Shown: positions 9,005 to 16,682, numbered from the stretch's first letter. The stretch: 51,410 nucleotides of DNA from Phycisphaerae bacterium (GCA_049605375.1 JBMYUM010000001.1:1-51410); one strand, 5' to 3'. The notes: generated by a model from the sequence alone, not told the origin. Made by a program: numbers and translations.

Positions 9005-9235
9005 TTAAGTCTCTCCGGAATTGGGGGTATACTCCCACTGCTTTATGGCTTCTGCCGTGACGACGGTTGCACAGACCGATACGCCGGGAGCCGTAGGGTG
9101 CACTCGCACGGTGCAATGCCCTGGATCCCCTGCTCTCGCAATAGTTCAGCGCTTTTGCCTCAGGGGTGAAGGGGCGCCCTCTACCCGTATAGGTCCTCGA
9201 ACCCGCCGTTTTTGCCAAAATAAATCCAAAAATCT

Positions 9236-9685
9236 CTAAGTACATAAACACCAGTCCTTTAGATGCATGCCATCCACTCGCATATGAATAAGGGTTTTCC
9301 CGGTACCCGGTTCTTCGTCTTTAACTATTTTGTCATTCCACCATTCGTGGTCGCGAAACAGGTGCCTTGGTTCGCCAATCTGTTTGATGTCAGCTAGAGG
9401 GACGCCGCCCCCACGCATGGAAGCATGAAAGAGGAGCAACACTGCTGCTGTTGCTCTTTCAGGAAACTTCGTAAGCGTGTGATCGAGGAGAATGTAAGAG
9501 CCATCATGCGCAACGGTCGCTTGTCGAAGCTGGTGAGGTGCAGCAGGTGTGTGAGCGTCGGATGAGCGGCTCTGCGCTTTCAGAACTGATTCAGTGATCG
9601 TCTCAACAAGCGTAGACACAAACTCCCCCAGGGACTCCCCCCGGGTCGCAAATCCCTTGCGATCCATAGGTGGACCTTCGGCCAT
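9236..9685 (-). CDS. hypothetical protein, first gene of the kinase operon
   Basis: 149 aa. ATG is preceded by GGGAGGA. A sigma70-like TTGTAC-N17-TATTGT sits on the minus strand at 9769-9741. I recognised no family motif. Confidence 0.6.
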   Translation of the reverse strand: MAEGPPMDRKGFATRGESLGEFVSTLVETITESVLKAQSRSSDAHTPAAPHQLRQATVAHDGSYILLDHTLTKFPERATAAVLLLFHASMRGGGVPLADIKQIGEPRHLFRDHEWWNDKIVKDEEPGTGKTLIHMRVDGMHLKDWCLCT

Positions 9686-9979
9686 GGTTTTCCTCCCATG
9701 ATATTAGTTGTGCAATGGAAAGCGCGAGGTGTGCGCTCCCACAATAGTTCAGCGAGTCCGAAAGTACAAAAAAATATTCCGTAGGTCAACGACATTCCGT
9801 GCAGATTTACACGCGGCCTGCGATATCGAAAACGACGTTTTGCGTGCTTGCCGTGCAAAAGGCGCACGCGGCGCGCTTCAATCGCACTCGATTGCGCGAG
9901 ATTTGCACGCCATATTTCTTGTAGCTTCCGTCTCGTCATCAAAGTGGCATGCGGACATGCCCGGCAATGGAGACTGGCA
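9686..9979. promoter_or_regulatory. divergent control region with repeated TTT(G/A)CACG-type half sites
   Basis: AGATTTACACGC (9803-9814) and AGATTTGCACGC (9899-9910) are direct copies with one mismatch. There is an inverted pair TTTTGC (9838-9843) / GCAAAA (9855-9860). The minus-strand promoter-like TTGTAC-N17-TATTGT lies at 9769-9741. Confidence 0.4.
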
Positions 9980-10234
9980 ATGCCATCAAGAATGCTCAGC
10001 ACCAAACAGATCTGCGAGTGGCTTGGTATTTCTGATCGAACGCTTAGGCGATATCGGGATATGGAAGGAAAGCTCCGCTTCCCCGAACCCATCGTCATGC
10101 CATTTGGCAATCGTTGGAGGGAAGACGTGGTTCAGGCGTGGATCGGTCGCGCCAAGAGGCACGCTCTACGTCACGGTAGGCTCAATGAAACTGCCTTCGG
10201 CGAAGCGGGTCGTGAAGAAAGGCTCGCATCATGA
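9980..10234 (+). CDS. excisionase/AlpA-type helix-turn-helix DNA-binding protein
   Basis: ATG 9980 lies 6 nt after GGAGA. LSTKQICEWLGISDRTLRRYRDMEGKLRFPEPIV ... WREDVVQAWI matches the excisionase-family (MerR-like) HTH pattern. The upstream part of the ORF call from 9848 is Arg/Cys-rich and unlikely to be coding. Confidence 0.75.
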   Translation: MPSRMLSTKQICEWLGISDRTLRRYRDMEGKLRFPEPIVMPFGNRWREDVVQAWIGRAKRHALRHGRLNETAFGEAGREERLAS

Positions 10235-10404
10235 ACGAGCCACTACTCAGATTCGGCGACGGTGACTACCGCAAGGAAATCCGGCCGTCGGACTTTGACC
10301 GTCCACCCCGAAAACTACCACCGTTCAAGGGCATCCACGTTGTTGGCGTACTGATCTTGATCGGTTTCGCAAGGTGGTGTTTGCAATACACCGCCATGCC
10401 TTGA
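10231..10404 (+). CDS. small membrane protein (57 aa), not in supplied ORF track
   Basis: ATGA stop/start overlap with the HTH gene. Translation: MNEPLLRFGDGDYRKEIRPSDFDRPPRKLPPFKGIHVVGVLILIGFARWCLQYTAMP, with one C-terminal TM segment. Confidence 0.4.
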   Translation: MNEPLLRFGDGDYRKEIRPSDFDRPPRKLPPFKGIHVVGVLILIGFARWCLQYTAMP

Positions 10405-10492
10405 CTGCAGGACTCTCTGATCTGCGCGTGGGGGCCGTTAGTGCGCGCAATACAAATCGAACTCAACGGTGAATCTCCTTAATCTCAGGAAG

Positions 10493-10526
10493 AGCCCGCA
10501 ACGTTCACGTGTGAGCGTTGCGGGCT
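10493..10526 (+). terminator. 11-bp GC-rich hairpin (terminator or operator)
   Basis: AGCCCGCAACG (10493-10503) / 12-nt loop containing CACGTG / CGTTGCGGGCT (10516-10526). No U-run follows, so intrinsic-terminator function is uncertain. Confidence 0.35.
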
Positions 10527-10547
10527 GCCCCCTCGCGAGAGAAACGC

Positions 10548-11222
10548 ATGAAGCCGCTTTGGATTTTTGTGACGCCGCAGTCAACGGAAGCGAAGGCAAT
10601 CGAGAAAGAGATCGTCGAGCTTGGGCACCATCCGGTCTGCATGCACCCGTTGGATGGCAAAATCGAAGAACTACGGCTCGATGCATTGCATAAGTCGGAT
10701 GTGCTTCTGCTCGTTGATGGTTTTTCCAGCGACGGGTTTTCACTGAAAGCAGCTGACTTCGCGAGACAGAACGGCATTCACACTTCGTTGAGCTGGGGAG
10801 CCCTCCGGGACTACCTGTGGGGCGCAGCCAATGGGAAGTGCAAGCTGGTTAAAGAATGCCCGAGAGATTGCAGCAGGTTACCTCGCTGCGTGCGTGATGA
10901 GCTGTGCGTGTATGCGAAGCCCATGCATGAAGAGCCTACGATGCTTGATCTGCAGTTGCTCTATTTCGAAACGATGCAGCGGGCGTTCAATGAGTATTTC
11001 TGCAATTTTTTCCCTATTGGGCGGCCTTTCGCCGAGGTTTTCTGTCCGCCGAAGCAACCACTAACGGTGATTCCGTTTTCGCGGGATGAGAAAATCTTGC
11101 AGCAAAACATCTTGAGGGGAATGCGTGAGATCACAGAACGCCTTCGCGAGAAGCTTGGGGGTTCTGACGCAAACGAAACAACACCGCCGGATGGGATGCC
11201 GGCGGATTCGGCGGCTACGTAA
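10548..11222 (+). CDS. hypothetical protein
   Basis: 224 aa from ATG 10548. The earlier start at 10518 lies inside the hairpin. The N-terminal approximately 85 aa (KPLWIFVTPQS ... SDVLLLVDGFSSDG ... ARQNGIH) has an alternating beta/alpha pattern faintly like nucleoside-deoxyribosyltransferase-like phage domains. That assignment is weak. Confidence 0.55.
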   Translation: MKPLWIFVTPQSTEAKAIEKEIVELGHHPVCMHPLDGKIEELRLDALHKSDVLLLVDGFSSDGFSLKAADFARQNGIHTSLSWGALRDYLWGAANGKCKLVKECPRDCSRLPRCVRDELCVYAKPMHEEPTMLDLQLLYFETMQRAFNEYFCNFFPIGRPFAEVFCPPKQPLTVIPFSRDEKILQQNILRGMREITERLREKLGGSDANETTPPDGMPADSAAT

Positions 11223-11320
11223 CGTGCCGCCGGCGGGTCGCGGCTTACACCGTGAACCATGGAAGGGTTGGGGCATTTCGGCTGCGACCCGCTTTTCATC
11301 TATCGATAGGAGGCTGACCT

Positions 11321-11770
11321 ATGAGGTTTGCAACGTTGTTCGGAATGGTACTGATGATGTCCGGATTGGTGGGGTGTGGCAGTAATGGGCTTGGTGTTGC
11401 GCAAGGCATCCAGGCACAGCCGACAGAATACGCGCAGATCCTAGCTGTCGGCGCGAAGATTCTCGCAGACCAGGGCGTCTTGCGGAACTATAACCTGCAA
11501 GGTCGTGCGGATGTAAACGAACCCGGCCTGGCGGTAACGGTTTCCACGAGCGTAGAGACGCACCTGACCGGCGTGAATGCCGACGCCACGCTGGGGATGG
11601 AAGGAACCGGAACGCGCATGCCGCCCGGAACGCGCGAGCAATACATCAAGATGCTCGACGATCCCAACGTCCCCAACGACATCAAGCAGACCATCATCGA
11701 CCGCGTCTTCCCGTGGAACCGCCAACCCGGCAACCCCGGTGCGGATGTAGAGCCAGTGCCTACACCGTAG
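11321..11770 (+). CDS. prophage lipoprotein
   Basis: AGGAGG lies upstream. MRFATLFGMVLMMSGLVGCGSNG is a signal peptide with lipobox LVGC. 149 aa. Confidence 0.7.
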   Translation: MRFATLFGMVLMMSGLVGCGSNGLGVAQGIQAQPTEYAQILAVGAKILADQGVLRNYNLQGRADVNEPGLAVTVSTSVETHLTGVNADATLGMEGTGTRMPPGTREQYIKMLDDPNVPNDIKQTIIDRVFPWNRQPGNPGADVEPVPTP

Positions 11771-11857
11771 GTAGCGATTGGACCAAGAGCTCGAACCCCG
11801 GGGGTCTTTCCTTCTTTACCCCGACCATGCCCTCGGGGTTCACTTTCTTACGTGACG

Positions 11858-11904
11858 TCATGCATCGGGCATGGTTTTGCAGGGTTCGAGTCCCTGGCGT
11901 TGCA
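11858..11904 (+). other. tRNA-like 3-prime fragment (anticodon-arm to acceptor geometry) inside the prophage
   Basis: TCATG / CATCGGG / CATGG / TTTTG / CAGGG-TTCGAGT-CCCTG / GCGTTGC / A. It has a perfect T-arm and correct spacing. Position 33 is A rather than T, and there is no D-arm or 5-prime acceptor strand upstream. Confidence 0.3.
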
Positions 11905-11930
11905 TTCTCGAATGGATTTGAGTTTTAGCG

Positions 11931-12176
11931 ATGGGTGGCGGGCTCGGATGTCCGCCGCCCTGTTTCACCTCATTCGGATTCGACATGCGGAACGTTACCG
12001 ACGCAGACGCGGAATTGGATATCTGGGGCCTTTGTCCGGCGTGCGCGGCGCCATGTATTGCCGCGCTGGTGGACGACCCTGATGAACACAATCCGCTTTG
12101 CGAATGCCTTCACTGTGGATCGGAAAAATGGGCATGCGAACTCATCGACATCTTTTCGAAAGGTCTGACGCCATGA
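11931..12176 (+). CDS. small Cys-rich (zinc-ribbon-like) protein
   Basis: Contains CPACAAPC ... CECLHCGSEKWAC. An alternative start at ATG 11985 (MRNVTD) is at least as likely as 11931. Confidence 0.45.
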   Translation: MGGGLGCPPPCFTSFGFDMRNVTDADAELDIWGLCPACAAPCIAALVDDPDEHNPLCECLHCGSEKWACELIDIFSKGLTP

Positions 12177-12451
12177 ATTACCAACCCGTGAATGACGACT
12201 GTTGTTATCTGCCAATTGGCGATGTTCCGGAATCTCCCAACTACTCGCCGCCCGATTTCGAATCGGACTTCGGAATCAACGATGAATGCGTCTGTCCGAA
12301 TTGCAAGCGAACGGAGAGCGTGAAGCGTTGCCGTAAGTGTGGTGCTGATTTCGTTGACGAGAAGCCCACTATGGCGACGCGTTTCTTTGCGGAAAGTGGC
12401 TACGCGCCGTTTCGTTTCTATGGAAATACTGCGTTTGAGGGGCGCTGCTAG
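12173..12451 (+). CDS. small Cys-rich (zinc-ribbon-like) protein
   Basis: ATGA overlap with the previous gene. Contains CVCPNCKRTESVKRCRKCG. Confidence 0.5.
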   Translation: MNYQPVNDDCCYLPIGDVPESPNYSPPDFESDFGINDECVCPNCKRTESVKRCRKCGADFVDEKPTMATRFFAESGYAPFRFYGNTAFEGRC

Positions 12452-12666
12452 CACGTTGATTACGGGCCGGGACTGAAGTCATGCAGCGCAGACGAGGCTC
12501 AGCCGGTCACTGTCCTATTGGATCAACGTGTCTTCCACGCTGAAAGCCGGGCGTGCGATGGAAAATCAGCGGGACTGCCTTGACAGCAGCGGAGGCTTGA
12601 CTGCCGGGAGAGACCGGCTTCATCGAACTGAAACCGAGGATGTCATTTCAGACTAAGGAGAGTCTT

Positions 12667-12891
12667 ATGAACAACAATCTCGCGCACCAAGTATTCGAGG
12701 CGATCCAGAAGGAGCTTCAAAGTAGCGAAGATCTTGAGGATATTGCCAATCGGATCGCCTCGAAGATCAACATCGATCTCGGCAACGAGCAGCTCAAGCC
12801 CATCGTGCTGAACATGGTGCGAGCGCACGTAGCGAACTATGCAACGGGAGAAGCACGAAGCTTCGTCAAATCAATGAAAGCACGCAAATGA
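12667..12891 (+). CDS. hypothetical small helical protein
   Basis: ATG 12667 follows AAGGAGA (12655-12661). 74 aa, no recognisable motif. Confidence 0.5.
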   Translation: MNNNLAHQVFEAIQKELQSSEDLEDIANRIASKINIDLGNEQLKPIVLNMVRAHVANYATGEARSFVKSMKARK

Positions 12892-12950
12892 CCATCGAGC
12901 GTCGTTGCTCGACTTATCCCCGCTAACAAGCAGTTAATGGAGTAACGCTG

Positions 12951-13373
12951 ATGAAGTGGACTATTTGGAAGAGCATGATCGTCGCCGCTGCCTTGTGCAG
13001 TTCGGCGACCGCCTCACCGCCGTTGATGGACGGCCATTCGAAGTATTGCTGCTGCGCGACGGACGACGCAGGCAACCATCATTATTTCCTGAAGATGTGT
13101 CCGGAAGACTCCGGATGCGTCTGGCCGGACGATGCGAAGATTGACTGCGAGGGTCTGCCGGCCACGCGTTTCAATGCGCGTGGTCCGCTCGATCCATTCC
13201 ACCAGATCGTCCTGGATGAGATCGATGAAGCGGTCATCCGGATTGCGGAGCGTACGTGGGTCGAGCTTCACGAACGGCCGCTGGATCATCCGCTGTATCC
13301 CTTCTGGGAAACCAGTCTTCGTTTCGTTGTGATCGAATTGTCGTGGCGATATCTCGGCGATCTTCGCCGCTAG
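12951..13373 (+). CDS. secreted Cys-containing protein
   Basis: Signal peptide MKWTIWKSMIVAAALCSSATASP, then YCCCATDDAGNHHYFLKMCPEDSGCVWPDDAKIDCEG. 140 aa. Confidence 0.6.
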   Translation: MKWTIWKSMIVAAALCSSATASPPLMDGHSKYCCCATDDAGNHHYFLKMCPEDSGCVWPDDAKIDCEGLPATRFNARGPLDPFHQIVLDEIDEAVIRIAERTWVELHERPLDHPLYPFWETSLRFVVIELSWRYLGDLRR

Positions 13374-13388
13374 AACGAGGCACGATCC

Positions 13389-14234
13389 TTGAGCCTGATA
13401 CCCAGCAAACCAATCACCGACCGAACATTTGTCGCGGACGTTCATCGCCTGCCCTTGTGTGATGACAGCGTCGACCTCGTGTTCTGCTCGCCGCCGTATG
13501 AGGACGCGCGAGGCTACGGCATGGATTTCAAGATCAGTGGCGGTGATTGGGTGGACTGGGCGTATCAGGGTTTCGTTGAGTGTTTGCGCGTTTGTCGCGG
13601 CTTGGTTGCTTGGGTCGTCGAGGGACGCACTCGACAGTTTGGATGGAGTGCGACTCCGGTTCTGCTTGCTGCACGATTGCATGAGGCCGGATATGCACTA
13701 CGGAAGCCGCCCATCTTTCATAGGGTTGGCATTCCAGGTAGCGGTGGACCCGATTGGCTTAGGAACGACTTCGAGTTGGTCGTTTGTGCCCAGCGCGTGA
13801 AAAAGCGACTGCCGTGGTCTGACAATACCGCGATGGGGCACGACCCCAAATACCCTCCAGGGGGCGTTCCTTCGCATCGCACGCCAAGCGGCGCACGAGT
13901 CAATCGGAGTCGGCGTCGTCGTGGTGACGGCTACGAGGACCAGGTCTACAAGCCTCCAAAGAAGGCCAATCCAGGCAATGTCATTCGATGCAACGTCGGC
14001 GGTGGACATCTTGGCAGCAAGCTGGCTTACGAGAACGAAGCGCCCTTTCCAGAGAAACTGGCCGAGTTCTTCATCCGATCTTTTTGCCCGCCGGAGGGTG
14101 TCGTCCTCGATCCATTTGCAGGCTCGGGGACGACCGCAGCGGTCGCCGTCCAGTGCGGACGTCATTTCATTGCGAGCGATATTCGATCGTCGCAGATCGA
14201 GCTAACGCGGCGGAGGTTGGCTGAAAAAGGATGA
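13389..14234 (+). CDS. orphan beta-class DNA methyltransferase (N6-adenine or N4-cytosine)
   Basis: Motif IV DLVFCSPPYEDARGY is near the N-terminus. Motif I VLDPFAGSGTTAAVAVQCG is near the C-terminus. This IV-before-I order is the beta class. TTG start. No restriction endonuclease-like neighbour. Confidence 0.85.
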   Translation: MSLIPSKPITDRTFVADVHRLPLCDDSVDLVFCSPPYEDARGYGMDFKISGGDWVDWAYQGFVECLRVCRGLVAWVVEGRTRQFGWSATPVLLAARLHEAGYALRKPPIFHRVGIPGSGGPDWLRNDFELVVCAQRVKKRLPWSDNTAMGHDPKYPPGGVPSHRTPSGARVNRSRRRRGDGYEDQVYKPPKKANPGNVIRCNVGGGHLGSKLAYENEAPFPEKLAEFFIRSFCPPEGVVLDPFAGSGTTAAVAVQCGRHFIASDIRSSQIELTRRRLAEKG

Positions 14235-15418
14235 CGACTCCCGTACACAAGATCCATATGGATTCCGGGATCCCGTACCGGCACAGAGATTTGCCGGTCT
14301 GGATCCTGGAGCATCCATCATACCGCGACATGAAGGCTGCAATGCAGCACACGTTGCAGGGGATCGCCAACGCATGCGAAGCCAGGCCTTCCTACAAGGG
14401 CTCGCTGGTCGGAGCAATCTCCGGCAAACCACTGATTGATCAATGCGGCGTCAGCCGCAGCACATTCTTCCGTTACGTGAAGCTGCTTGAGCGAATTGGC
14501 TTCGTGGTCAAGATCGGCCAGGGCGGCCAGGTCGGCGACAAGAACGTTGCGAACACGTACGGGATCCCAGGCGAAAAGGGCGCGCTGGAACAGAAGCGTG
14601 TCGAAGCCCCCATCTACCAGATGCTCAGAGATGGCCACAAGTTCCGTCCGCAATGCATCCAACCAGGCGACCAGGCCACGCTCTGGCATCGCGACCAAAT
14701 GGAAGATCCAGAGGCACAAGCTCCTCAGTCTTCCGACGACCCAGCTTACCAAGAAAACCAACAAGAAATTCACAGGGGTAGTGTCAGACTGACACGGGGG
14801 GTAGTGTCAAAACGAGGGGGGGGTAGTGTCAGACTGACACGGGGGTGGTGTCAGACTGACCCACTACCAAACCATGGTATAAATCCATTGGTAAAAAACC
14901 ATGGTAGTGGTTCTTCAAAGCTTAGAACTTCCATGGGTAGACCCCGGTTACCCAGAATCACACCGGAAGATCTCACTGATCTCGACCGATTGCTCTCGCT
15001 CTTTGACCGCGCCACAAGTCTGGATCTCGTTGACGGCAGCGAGGCTGCACGCCTGACGTTTGTCGCGACAGCGATCGATTGCCTGCAGGCTGGCAAAAAC
15101 CCTTGCGCGCTGTTCGCCTTTCGAGTCAGGGAAGGCAAGTGGCTTGTCTCGCAATCATGCGAAGACCAAGCCCGCAGGCAACTCAGAACCCACCTGTACG
15201 GCGAACGCACGGCGTCTGCGAAGAGTTCTCAACCCAAACAGAGTAATCACACACCGAAGTATTCGAGCGACGTAGAGCTGCTGCAGAGCGTTCTGGCGAG
15301 CGTGCCGAGTGCGAGGGACTCTCGCGGAGTTTGTTTCAGTGCGTGCAAACGGATTGATCCGACCTGGACCGAGGAGCGGCAGGAGCGGGCAGAGAGGGAG
15401 TGCAATGAACATCATTGA
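14231..15418 (+). CDS. replication initiator-like protein (winged-helix N-terminus, iterons inside the gene)
   Basis: ATGA overlap with the methyltransferase gene. The N-terminal GVSRSTFFRYVKLLERIGFVVKI looks like an HTH / winged helix. The central coding region contains the iteron array, translated as GSVRLTRG repeats. This mirrors the lambda O / ori arrangement. Confidence 0.6.
   Translation: MTTPVHKIHMDSGIPYRHRDLPVWILEHPSYRDMKAAMQHTLQGIANACEARPSYKGSLVGAISGKPLIDQCGVSRSTFFRYVKLLERIGFVVKIGQGGQVGDKNVANTYGIPGEKGALEQKRVEAPIYQMLRDGHKFRPQCIQPGDQATLWHRDQMEDPEAQAPQSSDDPAYQENQQEIHRGSVRLTRGVVSKRGGGSVRLTRGWCQTDPLPNHGINPLVKNHGSGSSKLRTSMGRPRLPRITPEDLTDLDRLLSLFDRATSLDLVDGSEAARLTFVATAIDCLQAGKNPCALFAFRVREGKWLVSQSCEDQARRQLRTHLYGERTASAKSSQPKQSNHTPKYSSDVELLQSVLASVPSARDSRGVCFSACKRIDPTWTEERQERAERECNEHH
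14775..14910. repeat. candidate phage replication origin: G-tract + GT(A/G)GTGTCAGACTGAC iterons plus AT-rich inverted repeat
   Basis: Units lie at 14775-14795, 14796-14815 (degenerate), 14816-14840 and 14841-14862. The core GTGTCAGACTGACAC is itself a palindrome. Next comes CCACTACCA (14861-14869) ... ATAAATCCATTGGTAAAAAA ... TGGTAGTGG (14902-14910). AACCATGGT occurs twice. Confidence 0.6.
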
Positions 15419-15782
15419 GAAGATCAAGCAGCTCGACCAGGCAGCAACGCCAGGGCCGTGGCATTGCTTAGACGTAGCAGGAAACCCTTGGTTAGGCATT
15501 GCTGATTATTACGATTCGGCAGCGGTTTTCGGCGGAATCAATGAGGCAGACAAACTTTCAGATGAGCAAACCATGCGAAACGGGAAAGCTGCTGCTTCTT
15601 ACCGCAATCTCGCCCCGAAGGCCGCTGAGCTATTGGAGCGGGCGAAGGATCTATTCCATCTTCGCATCGAGCAATGCCCGTGTTGTGATGGCCTTTCAGA
15701 ATCTGATTGCTTCAGGGGCGGCGGGTGTGGCTGCACTTTGGAAAGGGAACTCCTCCGCGAGATCGAAGCGGAGATTGGGTAA
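15405..15782 (+). CDS. hypothetical early protein (AATPGPW motif, Ead/Ea22-like?)
   Basis: ATG 15405 follows GGGAG and overlaps the end of the previous gene. LDQAATPGPWHC resembles the GPW motif of Ead/Ea22-like phage proteins. C-terminal CPCCDG ... GGGCGC. Confidence 0.5.
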   Translation: MNIIEKIKQLDQAATPGPWHCLDVAGNPWLGIADYYDSAAVFGGINEADKLSDEQTMRNGKAAASYRNLAPKAAELLERAKDLFHLRIEQCPCCDGLSESDCFRGGGCGCTLERELLREIEAEIG

Positions 15783-16033
15783 TGAAGTTGGTTGATATTT
15801 GTTGCCCGAAACGGAGTTTCTTCAGCCGTATTCTGCGGGCGTTGTGGCCATGGCGTCGTTGCGACAACTGCAAGCGAACATTCTGCACGATAAGGCCACG
15901 CGATGTCGGTTGGAACTACTGGACATGGATCATGTGGGCTATCCCCTGGCACTGTTGCCGTAAGTGTGACGACGAAGAGTTCGAAGCGGTATTTGGTCGG
16001 TTCACGACGTCGAATCGGGATAAGTTCAATTAA
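15782..16033 (+). CDS. small Cys/Trp-rich protein
   Basis: ATGA overlap with the previous gene. Contains CCPKRS ... CDNCKRTFC ... HCCRKCDDEE. Confidence 0.45.
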   Translation: MKLVDICCPKRSFFSRILRALWPWRRCDNCKRTFCTIRPRDVGWNYWTWIMWAIPWHCCRKCDDEEFEAVFGRFTTSNRDKFN

Positions 16034-16048
16034 GGAAATAAAATCCGA

Positions 16049-16450
16049 ATGATGCAGCAAGACGACATGACCCAATTCGTTGATAGCCGTCTACAGAATC
16101 GCACGTTGCGTTATCAAGCCCTCATAAAGAGGAGAGAGCAATATCAGCGGCGAAAATCCGTGTGGAAAGAAGTCGATGGTTTTAGCGAATTGCACCACAT
16201 GGCCAGGAACGTCATTTTGAATCACTGCGACGATATCGACGACTTGTTTGACCTGTTTGAGATAGAGGAGCAGGCGTTGCAATTGAAAGGCGTTGGTCCG
16301 TTTGTTTACGAGATAGTGTTTCGATTCATGCTGCTGCTAGAGCAATATCGCAGCGAGTCTGATTGCCATAGCGATGAAAAATGTGATTGCGGTGGCCCTT
16401 TGATTCAGTTCAGCGTGTGTGCGCAGTGTGGAGATTCAAGACCTGCATAG
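16049..16450 (+). CDS. hypothetical early protein with C-terminal zinc-ribbon-like CxxC pairs
   Basis: 133 aa. C-terminal CDCGGPLIQFSVCAQCG. Confidence 0.5.
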   Translation: MMQQDDMTQFVDSRLQNRTLRYQALIKRREQYQRRKSVWKEVDGFSELHHMARNVILNHCDDIDDLFDLFEIEEQALQLKGVGPFVYEIVFRFMLLLEQYRSESDCHSDEKCDCGGPLIQFSVCAQCGDSRPA

Positions 16451-16499
16451 TGTGTTTTCGAATGACTTCAATAAAGCGTGCACTGGCATAGCGAGAAAC

Positions 16500-16682
16500 A
16501 TGCGAATGAGAACCGCATCAATACAAAAGGGTGATGAGTTTTTCATCTTCCGTTGCAAGGATGGATGCGAGCAGCAAGCGGTAGACGCATTATCAGATGC
16601 GGCAATGGACGAAGCAAGTCCGATTGATTGGTTTGATGCTTCAATGCTTGCTTACCAATTAGGAGGCTGTCGTCATGAGTGA
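16500..16682 (+). CDS. small hypothetical protein
   Basis: 60 aa from ATG 16500. Overlaps the next gene by 8 nt. No motif recognised. Confidence 0.35.
   Translation: MRMRTASIQKGDEFFIFRCKDGCEQQAVDALSDAAMDEASPIDWFDASMLAYQLGGCRHE

Noticed and set aside
11781-11805. T-arm-like GGGGTTCGAGCTC on the minus strand near the second tRNA-like fragment
   Set aside because: The flanking 5-nt arms (CGGGG / TCTTG) are not complementary, so no tRNA geometry exists.
14775-14862. Possible CRISPR array
   Set aside because: There are only four degenerate units with no unique spacers between them. They lie in frame inside a coding gene and there are no cas genes. This fits replication iterons much better.
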